A program made the position numbers and the translations under genes. A stretch of 50,681 nucleotides of DNA, the filler included, from Catajapyx aquilonaris (lineage: Eukaryota), in assembly GCA_000934665.2 (NCBI GenBank). It is 2 parts of 2 records of this genome, joined end to end, with 100 filler letters (N's around TTAATTAATTAA, not from the genome) between each part and the next. Parts side by side here need not be neighbours in the genome. Positions count along the whole stretch, not along the records: positions 1 to 25,630 come from JYFJ02005449.1; 1 more part is not named here. The stretch is one strand, 5' to 3'. Shown piece by piece: positions 12,571 to 23,401 of this stretch. Each line of letters begins with the position of its first letter. Within the stretch, counting starts at the first letter, position 1. The notes under the pieces were generated by a model, which saw only the letters and a program-made list of their open reading frames with translations, was not told the origin of the DNA and did not search any database.

Positions 12571-12954
12571 TTAAGCATAATTTTGACTAGGGGTGTTTAG
12601 ATAAGTATGCGCAACTGGAAATGTTTCATCAATTTCCATGGCAACACTTGGATGCATTTCCATCGAATGCTGGACAAACTGTAACTAACAATTTGTGCAA
12701 TTAGCTAAGTTGGGCAAACGGGGCCATTTTCACCTAGTATTAGAGGAAAGTTCAGATAACAATATGTGTAATTTTATTGGTATACATATTGCGAACAACG
12801 TGGTTGAAATACATAATAAATTTACAATATTGAACAACATGATGTTATACGTACGTGAAACATAATATTTTACTTTAGTGTCTCTTTATAAGTGCTCACA
12901 CTTCACTATAGCAGAGAAAAAACTTAAAATTTTGCAACTTTAATTATCACTTTA

Positions 12955-15143
12955 TCAGACTTGCCTAGCATGTTGATACGGTTGGGGTGACTGAGAGGTG
13001 AAAGTGCTTTCCCCCAGGGTGGTTACTCTGACTGGATTCCCACCGGAGACGGGGACGGGGACGACCTTCTCTCTACTCACTCTTCCTTCTCTCTTGAAGC
13101 AGATTTCGGCCAGGAAGGCCACCAGAGACAGCCCCAGAAATGCCCCCCAGAAGAAGAATATCATGGACAAGTGCTCCAGACGCAGTATGGCCTGCGTATC
13201 CGTTGGTTCCTCCTCCTGATCTGCGAAAGCCAAATATGCCCTGAGAGCCATGTGTTGCTCAAACAGGAACTTCGCAAACCCGGCCTGGTCCATCCTGTTG
13301 GCTGTGTCAAATATCGCCTGGTTGTAGACTCCTCCTTTTGGAGCTGCAATCTTGATGGACGTGGAGAACTCCTTAGATGGGGACTCAAGCAGGATGAATT
13401 CTCCTCCCTTGTAGAATCCGGGACAATCGTGCACAAGGATTAACTTGTGCACCAGACACGCCGTACGAGGAGTGTCCATGACGGCTTCCAGACACGCCTC
13501 TGTGTGTGAAACTATGTCCGATTTGTTGAACATGCGGATGTAGTGAGGGTTCGAGATTTGCGTTGCCAGCTGGAAAGCCAAAATGTTCAATCAAGTATAT
13601 ATAAAGGCCCTCTCCAGTGAGGAGGAGGAGCTGGAGGCTTGGAGCTCACCTGTGTAAGAACTAGTGAGGAGATGAATGGCATCAGTGTCTGGTGTCCAGC
13701 CTGGTACAGTTCCTCCAGGTTGTTTGGCATCTCTTCCATCTCAGGGATGGCCATCATTTCGGTCAGCTTGCTCTTGTATCCACAGACAGACACGACTGCC
13801 AGGACCCAGAAGGAGCCGATCAGGGCCCTCACCTTCGTGGAGGGAGGAGTGTCTTCAGGTTGCTCCAGAAGGATGCGGGTCAGATGGGCCAGGCAGTGTC
13901 GGAGTGACCTCTTCTTCTTCAGGAGGACACGAAGGACCAGAGCGCAGACGATGATTGAAGCCAGCAGACCCATCCAGGAGACCCAGGTGAAGGGCAGGAC
14001 CAGGAAGGTCCACCTCTTGCTCTGTCGAGGATTGGCAGTCACGAAGGTAAGGTACGTGTCCAGACCAAAAGAGGACATGTCCACGTAGCGAACAACCTGG
14101 CTGGTCATTGAGTAGACTACGCCAACATCCACCCTGCCACTCAGGATCTCCTTGATGTTGCCCAACCATGTCCCGTTTGGCATCTGGATGTCCGTCTTTC
14201 CATCGGGAACTTCAGGCTCGATTACAATCGCTCGAACTCCCCTTACATCTTCAAAGATCAGGACTACTCTGTCAATGGCAGACAGGTACTGTGGTCCCAG
14301 CAGCTCTAGTTTCCTCCGTGCCATCTTGTAGTCCGTCGTTTGGTAGTAAGGAATACGCATGATCTTCCCATTCACGTGTCTTGCCATGTCAGGAAACAGG
14401 TGTGGTCCGACACGGATAGGACCTGGATACTCTGGCAGGTCTAAGGTTGTGGGGTGACCTCCTTCGAGGCAGTAGAAGCAGATCGTCTGCAAGGTCAGGT
14501 GGTCGTCTTTCCTGAGAATAGAACCAAGAGTGCAGTGGTGGAAATTAATGGAGATGCACAAGTATCGCCGCCTGGAGGAGCTTTACTCACCTGCTAGTTG
14601 CGATCTTGAACTTGATCTGGTCTGCAGGATGTTGGTACAGAACCTTCTCCGGATCCCCTTCCTTGAAGTGCAAGATGAAGGGATCCTGCAGGTTTCTGAG
14701 CCTGACAAACGGAACCGTGTGGACAATCTGGTCTGCCAGCATCTCTGGACGAAGAGGTTCAAGGTGCAGTTATTCTGACCGGACCAAAAGGTGGTCGTCT
14801 TCATCTCTGGAGGCATGGTGGTGAACGAGTACAGCTGGTCCGGCTTGGATATGCCCCAGTACTGGTCCCATGTCTTCAGGTGGCCACCGTGGTTGGGATG
14901 GGCTTCGTTGAAGAGGACTGACGGCCTGTAAGATTCACACTGGCCTTCGATGAATTCGTTCAGATGATGGCTGCCATTCACTTCATTTCGGGACAACAGG
15001 ACGAAGCACTTGGAGTATTCCGGCAGCTCCAGAATCTCATTGGCCAGTTCGGTCAGCAGCTGGAGGTCATCATGACTCCTCTTGGTTATTTGAGGTTTTC
15101 CAAGTACAGCGGACACCATGAGGACAACCAGCAATTTGTCCAT
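12955..15143 (-). pseudogene. Divergent ionotropic receptor copy B, frameshifted tandem paralogue of copy A
   Basis: Exons 15143-14591, 14511-13650 and 13569-12955, with introns of 79 and 80 nt. Exon 1 is 553 nt versus 560 nt in A: a 3-nt insertion plus loss of gactccagga between 14749 and 14750 shifts the frame (NLFVQRCWQ... versus NLFVLESPE...). Exons 2-3 remain open. Confidence 0.72.
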
Positions 15144-15574
15144 TACTGAAACAATCAATGGTTATGAACGTATTTTGCAATAGTTGTTGTACATACCGAT
15201 TATGTCATGTTTTGTAACAACATCAGGTATAAAATGAACATGCTCTCAATCATTTTGTGTAGACTTCAATGCACAGCTTATTCATCCTGTACCTAGAGCA
15301 GGAATGTATATGGAGTTTGAGAGGCTTGTTATTGTTGTAGTTTCTGTAGTTTTATCCGTACTTGAAGATAGCCGGAAATTGGCTATCATTATAGCCTTTT
15401 CCTTGTAGATATCACGCCTTCAGCAGCTAACGAGCCCGGATATCAAGAGTGGATCAGTTTCTATCGATTTACTGTTGTTTACGTCAACATTAGCCACGTC
15501 CTTGAGGCAAGACAGGTAGAATAACAACAAGATGTGTGCAATTATTCATATTTGTTTCATCGCATTATATTTAT

Positions 15575-16844
15575 TTATAATTTAGTGCTGGACTGAGTAG
15601 TGCTGCTGGAGACCCACTTGTCGATGACCCTGGGCACCACGATGGCCTTGAAGGTCATCCTGAACTCCTTGCTCATGCAGCAGTACAGAAGGAAGTTGAC
15701 TGCGCAGTTGACCAGTACGGCCATGTCCATCGGGGAGGTCATGAACCGGTAGCACTGGTCGAAGAACCGGTTGTCCAGAGTCCCTGCTAGGAGGGCCAGG
15801 ATCCCCTGTGGAAACTCGGTGACCAGGAAGAAGAGAAGGACGGTCAGAAGCATTCGGGTCGTCCTGTCCATCTGACGCTGGGTCGCCGACTCATGGTGGT
15901 CAGGACTTGGGGCTGAACGATACAACAAAAATATAATACAAAATGCAGATTTTGTTTGTTTGTTTGTCCATATAGGTACAACCTGGACAAACAAACAAGC
16001 TACCTTTGCTGTTGGTCAGCACCCGCCTCATGTGTTTGGCGGCCACAAGGGCACAGGTCAGCCTGAGGCTAAGAAAGGTCAAAGCCAGGCAGGGAGCCAG
16101 CTTGAAGAGGGCACCCAGGAGCCAGAAGTTGAGGTGGTAGAGAGCCGTCTTCTGCCTGGTGACGGGGTCAAAGGCCAAGGAGCTCAGGTCGAACCTGTAG
16201 ATGGTTGCGTTTGACCTGCTGGACTTGGACTCGACTAAGGTGTAGGTCAGGTACGACGGTATGCACAGGACAGGCACGCAGATGTAGGCCATCAGCACTG
16301 CCCACACCGTGCGTCGTCTGGTGCACCAGTACCTGCTTCGTATGGGCCAGCACACCACCAGATAGCGCCAGACAGCCAGGGTCACTGTCAACCATATGGA
16401 GATCCCGTGACTCACCTGGACGTATATACCCATTATTAAATTGTAACTGTTTAAAAGTAATGTGGTTCGGTTACAATCATATTTAGAATTGGCTTCTGCG
16501 CCTAATATCTTGTTGTAAATGACCTGGTAGAAGTTGTGGTGAAACAACCTGAGGGCAGCCCAAGGGTATGTGGCAAATGCATCGGGTCTGGTCTGGTCGA
16601 AGGCGATGGACTTGTAGGACTGCGGTACGTAGTCCAACATGACCAAGGAGTCAGCCACGGCCAGACCGGTCAGAATGATGTTGGTGGGAGACACCATCTT
16701 CCTCTGGTTCAAAACGAGCACGTTCAACAAGTTGGCCACCACTCCGAACAAACACACCGTCAGCGAGAGGTAGCCGTGCACGTGCACCAGGTAGTACAGG
16801 ACGTTTGATCGAAACTCATCGCTGCAGTACTCCTCTCCTGACAT
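15575..16844 (-). CDS. Class A GPCR, myosuppressin receptor / dmsr-1 / Srw-like, copy 1, 3 exons, ~356 aa
   Basis: Exons 16844-16524, 16415-16004 and 15912-15575 (1071 nt) with GT-AG introns of 108 and 91 nt. Motifs: HGYLSLTVCLFGVVANLLN, SPTNIILTGLAVAD, HGISIWLTVTLAVWRY (WRY for DRY), DRTTRMLLTVLLFFLVTEFPQG, NCAVNFLLYCCMSKEFR. The start ATG is the first in-frame ATG; an upstream exon cannot be excluded. Confidence 0.88.
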
Positions 16845-17644
16845 GTCCAGTGCAGGTGTATTGGAAATAGTACTCGCGAGGTCACGTGGAAGAAAATCAA
16901 GAGTGTGCACTGACTGAGAGACTTTGACCAAAATGTGTCACCAGCAGAAAGGCTCCGGCCACATCCCTTCTATACGTCAAGGTCTCCATTGATAATACTC
17001 AGTCCCTTTACATCCGGAATTCAGCAAAAAGAAAGGCATACGACCTTCAACTTATTGCTGGTTACATAACCTGCATGTATATACTGCACTCAGTCACATG
17101 CATCATCAAGCATACAATATCAAAACATTTCCTCCTTAACATATGTTGATACAAGTGGCTCTTGAATGTGTGCCATCCGAACCTTATATTGTTTGTTTGT
17201 TTGTCATTTATTATTTATTTGTAATTTGCTTGTTGCGAATTATTATTTATCATTCATTTTTAGTACGAAAAACAAATATACAGAATGTTTGTTTGTTTGT
17301 TGTTGTGGTTGTTGTTGTTATTAATGCATTCATTATCATTATGCATTTATTAGTCATTAATGAGTTATTAATGATTAGTTGTGTATTAGTCATTAATGAG
17401 TTATTAATTATTAGTTGCGCATTAGTCATTTATTTAATATTTATTCGTTGTTAATATTATTTATTAAAAATTATTGGTTATTCCTTACTGGTATTAGTTA
17501 CTATTTTAATTATACGTTATTTATTAGTTTGATTTATTAGGCATTAGTTACTTATCATTTATTAGGCATTATTAACCATTAGTTATTAATTAGATATTTA
17601 TTAGGCATTATTAACCATTAGTTATTAATTAGATATTTATTAGG

Positions 17645-17927
17645 TATTAATATTATTTATTACTTACTATTTATTATATTAGTTATTAATATTATTTATT
17701 ACTGACTATTTATTATATTAGTTATTAATATTATTTATTACTGACTATTTATTATATTAGTTATTAATATTATTTATTACTGACTATTTATTATATTAGT
17801 TATTAATATTATTTATTACTGACTATTTATTATATTAGTTATTAATATTATTTATTACTTACTATTTATTATATTAGTTATTAATATTATTTATTACTTA
17901 CTATTTATTATATTAGTTATTAATATT
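17645..17927. repeat. AT-rich 39-bp minisatellite, ~7 copies
   Basis: Unit tattaatattatttattact(g/t)actatttattatattagt, within a larger AT-rich low-complexity tract (~17330-18110). Confidence 0.88.
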
Positions 17928-18661
17928 AGTTAGTAATATTATTTATTAGGCCTACTTATTATATTGGTTATTAATATTAGTTGGTAATATTAGTTATTAC
18001 TTATTATATTGTTTATTAATATTATTTATTATTTATTATATTAGTTATTGATATTATTCATTACTTATTATTTATATTATATATTCGTTTCATTTCTTAG
18101 TCATTAGTTATCTATTTGTTTGCCAATAATAATAATAATTTGTGTATTTATACGATACATGCTATATTTCTATCTTTCTTTGTAGGGCCTACACATATGT
18201 TTGTTTGTTTACTTATTTGCTATAGACTGGTATAGAGTATGCATTGTAATGCTGCATGGCAAGTGCCAATTATCTCTCTCATTACAGAGTCAAACAATGA
18301 GCGTTTTTTTAGAAAGCGTGGCGTGGCATGTGACCTTCCTGATCTATTAAACATTGACAACAAACAAAGAGGTTGTCAATTGTCGGATGATTGCCATGTA
18401 TACACCTTGTCACTCTCGAGCAAGGATGTGAAATAGGATGTGAAAAAAAGGGCAGTATATTTTAAATAATCTTTTTGATTACCGTATATCAAGACAGGGT
18501 TAATGTTTGTAAGCTCACCTGATGAAAGCTCTCTTGGAAGACTCTTCATATCGGACGTCCAAGCGTATACGCGTGTATGTACACCGATGTATCGGCTTGC
18601 CATATAGTCTCTTATCTGAGGATTAATAATAAACATGTAGTGTTGAAATAATATATTTGAT

Positions 18662-19860
18662 TTACACCGAATTCCGAAACAGACTCGTCGTACTCGCATA
18701 CATGTTGGAACACTTTCGAACAATCAACTCCTTGAAAGTGTCCCGATACTCTCTGCTGAGTCCGAAGTACAGGACGAAGTTGATCGCGCAGTTGATCAGG
18801 ATCAGCATGTACGTCAACTCTCGTATGTATATGTAACAATGGGAGTAGAAGTCGACGTCCAGGACGCCCACCAGCAGGTCCACGACACCCTGAGGATACT
18901 CGGTGACCAGGAAGAAGTAGATGACCACCAGAAGTCGCCTGGTTGTCCTGTCCATCTTACGTTGAGCCTCGTACTCAAAGGTGTCCACAGGCACACGACT
19001 TCCACTTCCGTCCGATCTATTGTTGTAACAATTAGTACATGAACATAAGTTTTTTTTTTAATGTACCGACCTGCTGCGTATCCTTCGTCTCTTGTGCATG
19101 GCCACAGCACAGCTAAGTCGGACACCCAGGACAGTCATGGCAACACAAGCGATCAACTTTAAGGTGATTCGGTTCAACCAGAAGTTGACCAAGGCTGCGG
19201 TGGTCACTTCTTTCATCTGGAAGTCGTATATTGGCTGAGGACTTAGAATGGGCATGAAGAGTGCTGGGTTTGAGGACTTGGTCATTATGGACTGGACATT
19301 GTCCCGCATGTAGGATGGGATTGCGAGGATCGGGACACTGACGTAGGAGATGACAATGGCCAGGACTGCTCGACGTTTGGTGCACCACTTCCGGCTCTGG
19401 ATGGGCCAGCAGACCACGAGATAGCGCCAGACAGCGATGGTCATCGTCAACCACACTGATATCCCATGGCTGACCTGTTTTTTTTTAAAATGGCAAAGCC
19501 ACAATAACTGATGCGCCAACTATGTGAGAGGTATGGTACCTGGTGAAAACTCTCGTGAAAAAGCTGATATGATGCCCATCCGTATGTCATGGTCCTGTTG
19601 CTCGTATGATCCTCGATGCTAAGTACTCTGACCAGTACCGGTACGTAGTCCAGCATGACCAGGGTGTCCGATACAGCCAGAGCAGTCAACACCAGGTTGG
19701 TGGTGGACCCCATAGTCTTCTGGTTCAACACAACCACGTTGAGACAGTTGAACACAATACCGAAGATGCACAAAGAGATGGACACCGGGGCATGTACGTG
19801 TTCCAAGTACTTCTTCAGCCAGTACACGGCATGTGGACTACAATACTCGTCCACTTCCAT
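18662..19860 (-). CDS. Class A GPCR, myosuppressin receptor / dmsr-1 / Srw-like, copy 2, 3 exons, ~359 aa
   Basis: Exons 19860-19540, 19474-19071 and 19016-18662 (1080 nt) with introns of 65 and 54 nt. Motifs: TNLVLTALAVSD, HGISVWLTMTIAVWRY, DRTTRRLLVVIYFFLVTEYPQG, NCAINFVLYFGLSREYR. Confidence 0.86.
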
Positions 19861-20149
19861 CGTGCGACTGCGAATAATGAAACTTCGATGACATAGTGAC
19901 AATACATGACGTAAGTTAGTTTGCATATTACGTCGATAAATTTTGTGTAGTATACAATTATTGGCATTGATTTGTTGACCTTGTTGGAAGTGCCTCGACC
20001 TAATATAGTCCAGACACCCTGTATCCGGTGACCAGTGGTCCGAAAAGAAGGAAGTTATCAATCTGTCACCATATCACGTGCCGTACACAAATGTTACAGT
20101 TGATATGTCCGCTTCAGTCGCAGAAATACTAATTAAATGACAAAATAAA

Positions 20150-20289
20150 GTTTGTCCGGAGCGAGTCATCACCGCATGTCCACATAGTACCACTACCCAC
20201 ACATAGATGGCGCTCTCACTACACTGCCACTCTCAGGGTTGTGCTAGGTAGTGGTACAAAGTTGAGGTGATGACTCACCCCGGACAAAC
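20150..20289. mobile_element. 140-bp MITE-like element, copy 1
   Basis: TIRs gtttgtccgg..gagtcatcacc / ggtgatgactcaccccggacaaac; near-identical copy at 20344-20483. Confidence 0.75.
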
Positions 20290-20343
20290 AGCCGATTAGT
20301 AGTGTAATAAACACTTTGAAATCTGCCGAAAGTTGGCAACACT

Positions 20344-20483
20344 GTTTGTCCGGGATGAGTCATCACCACATGACCACATAGTACCCCTACCCACACATAG
20401 ATGGCGCTCTCACTACACTGCCACTCTCAGGGTTGTGCTAGGTAGTGGTACTAAATTGACGTGATGACTAACCCCGGACAAAC
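20344..20483. mobile_element. 140-bp MITE-like element, copy 2
   Basis: Direct repeat of 20150-20289, followed by (AAAC)/(AGAC) microsatellite. Diverged relatives lie at ~1570-1710 and ~23298-23401. Confidence 0.75.
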
Positions 20484-20960
20484 AAACAGACAGACGATAA
20501 TAGTATTATGATAAGGTTAGAAATGACAAACATACACTGATATCATGTTATTCGGAAGTTGATGATCGCCCCGGACAAACAAACAAACAAACAAACGGAC
20601 AAACAGACAGACAGACAGATAGACAGACGATTGGTTTTATGATAAGTTTAGAAATGACACAAAAATACACTGATTGACATATAATGTATTATTCAGCAGT
20701 TATTTACAAAAGGTTATCAAAATATTAGTTATAAATATGGGGTTCAACCTTTGACCTCGAAGGTCGTGGGTCACTTGCAATGTCTCAGGAAAAGAAATGA
20801 ACGTCTTTTCATTGACGCGACAAAAACTTTTTCTGGCTCTTTTCCGGCCGGAAAATTGCTTGCTGGCGATTGTGCAACCGGATCTTTGACCTTCGAAGGT
20901 CGTGGGTCACTTTGCAAGGTCACACAGGAAGAGAACGAACATCGCGATACTTAAGGGTCC

Positions 20961-21888
20961 GGTTTTCATTTTCACGGGCTCTCTGTGAAATCCGTGAAAA
21001 TGAAAACCGCGCTTCCCCATGGACTTTTTGAGGTGGGGAAGCGCGGTTTTCATTTTCACGGACTCTGTGAAATCCGTGAAAATGAAAACCGCGCTTCCCC
21101 ATGGACTTTTTGATGTCTGGAAGCGCGGTTTTCGTTTTCACGGACTCTCCGTGAAATCCGTGAAAATGAAAACCGCGCTTCTCCATGGACTTTTTGAGAT
21201 GGGGAAGCGCGGTTTTCATTTTCACGGACTCTGTGAAATCCGTGAAAATGAAAACCGCGCTTCCCCATGGACTTTTTGATGTCTGGAAGCGCGGTTTTCG
21301 TTTTCACGGACTCTCCGTGAAATCCGTGAAAATGAAAACCGCGCTTCTCCATGGACTTTTTGAGATGGGGAAGCGCGGGTTTCATTTTCACGGACTCTGT
21401 GAAATCCGTGAAAATGAAAACCGCGCTTCCCCATGGACTTTTTGAGATGGGGAAGCGCGGTTTTCATTTTCACGGACTCTGTGAAATCCGTGAAAATGAA
21501 AACCGCGCTTCCCCATGGACTTTTTGATGTCTGGAAGCGCGGTTTTCGTTTTCACGGACTCTCCGTGAAATCCGTGAAAATGAAAACCGCGCTTCTCCAT
21601 GGACTTTTTGAGATGGGGAAGCGCGGGTTTCATTTTCACGGACTCTGTGAAATCCGTGAAAATGAAAACCGCGCTTCCCCGTGGACTTTTTGAGATGGGG
21701 AAGCGCGGTTTTCATTTTCACGGACTCTCTGTGAAATCTGTGAAACTGAAAACCCGCGCTTCCCCACCTCAAAAAGTCCATGCTGGGGAAGCGCGGTTTT
21801 CAGTTTCACGACCTCTCAGGAGTGGGGAAGCGCGGTTTTCATTTTCACAGATTTCACAGAGAGGCCGTGAAAATGAAAACCGCGCTTC
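20961..21888. repeat. Tandem array of 82/84-bp double-palindrome units, ~9 full copies plus an inverted terminus
   Basis: Unit ggttttcattttcacggactct(cc)gtgaaatccgtgaaaatgaaaacc-gcgcttccccatggactttttgagatggggaagcgc, starting at 20961, 21045, 21127, 21211, 21293, 21377, 21459, 21541, 21625 and 21707. Confidence 0.95.
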
Positions 21889-21957
21889 AGCATTGTTGAC
21901 AACACTTTTCTGGCTCCTTTTCCGGCCGGAAAATGGTGCAACCGGTCCTTATGCACA

Positions 21958-23056
21958 TCACAAGGGAGTGTTGGACTCACTCTTCGAAGTCTTCCTTCCG
22001 TACAATATCCTTCTGACAAACAGTTCTTTAAAAGTCTCGCGAAACTCCTTGCTCATACAACAGTACAGCACGAAGTTCACGGCACAGTTGACCAGCACCA
22101 GAAGTTCCAGTACGGGAGTCAAGTACCTGTAACAAGTGAAGAAGTGCCCTCCCAAGATACCGGTCAGAAGCTCAAGTATCCCTTGAGGAAACTCGGTGAT
22201 CAGGAAGAAGACCAGGACAGTCAGAAGCATCCTCGTTGTCCGGTCCATCTGATGTTCCGCGTGTGACCGATGATCGTTGTTCACTAGGGACATTTGACGT
22301 TTCTTGGCTTCCAGGAGGACACCGACCAATCGCAGACTGAGTATGGTCAGTGCCACACATGGTACGAGCCTTGCAAAGACACCGAGTGTCCAGAAGGTGA
22401 CCATGTACGTCGCTGTGCTGGACATCCCCTCGTAGTCGTACGCTACTGAGCTTCTTCGTACGTCGTATGTGACCGTACCGTTGTTCTCCTCCGTGTATAT
22501 CTGGTACGTCAGATACGTCGGTATGCAGAGGATCAGGATCACGATGTACCCGGCCAGTACAGCCAGTCTGGCGTGTCGTCTGGTGCACCATCTCTTGCTA
22601 CTGGTCGGTTTGCATACCACAAGGTACCGCCACACTGCCAGCATCACCGTCAGACAGATGGATATGATGTGACAGGCCTAGAAAAATGTAAGTTATAGTA
22701 ACTTTTAAAAAATTCATGTACAGTACCGGTGATCATACCGGATGGAAGCTGTGATGAAAGATCTCCATGAGTGCCCATGAGTATGTGGACTTGACCCCCC
22801 ATCGGTCCTGTCCGAACCAGATGAAGATGACCGAGTACGGCATGTAGTCCAGCATGACCAGGGTGTCCGACACGGCCAGTCCGGTCAGAATGATGTTGGT
22901 GGACGACACCATCCGTCGCTGGTTGAGCACCACGACGTTCAGTACGTTGGACACTATCCCTGTCATGCACACCACAAGTGAGAGGTACCCATGAGCTTCA
23001 TTCAGGTATGGATCCAGCACAGACTTAAAGTGGTGTCCGCAGTAGTAGTCCTCCAT
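21958..23056 (-). CDS. Class A GPCR, myosuppressin receptor / dmsr-1 / Srw-like, copy 3, 2 exons, ~345 aa (360 aa if the ATG at 23101 is used)
   Basis: Exons 23056-22739 and 22677-21958, with a 61-nt gtatga...ttctag intron in phase 0. Motifs: HGYLSLVVCMTGIVSNVLN, TNIILTGLAVSD, HIISICLTVMLAVWRY, DRTTRMLLTVLVFFLITEFPQG, NCAVNFVLYCCMSKEFR. Confidence 0.87.
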
Positions 23057-23401
23057 GTTTGAAGAAACGCTGCAAAAATTTTCTTTCGTGGGGTTTACCA
23101 TGACCTTGTACGTCGTCGTTTCCTCTCTGTACTGGGCCGACAATCCGGCGTAACCCACATCCACTTTCCTGGATTGAAATCAACGTATCGAACTTTCCTG
23201 AAAGTAATGCGGTCGGACGAACCCCTGCAAACAACGTTGCGTCAGTATAGCCACGCACATACGACGTCATACCGGTGACACAGCCGGATGTCAACAACCA
23301 TTACCCATCGCAAAGCACACTCCTGACACTCTCAGGGTCGGGCCAAGTAGTGGTACTACCTGGAAATGGCCGAGGTGATGACTCGCCCCGGACAAACAAA
23401 C

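Noticed and set aside
20961..21888. CRISPR-like array or repeat-protein ORFs (MKMKTALPHLKK...)
   Set aside because: There are no unique spacers and no cas genes, and the context is eukaryotic. The ORFs are by-products of the tandem repeat.
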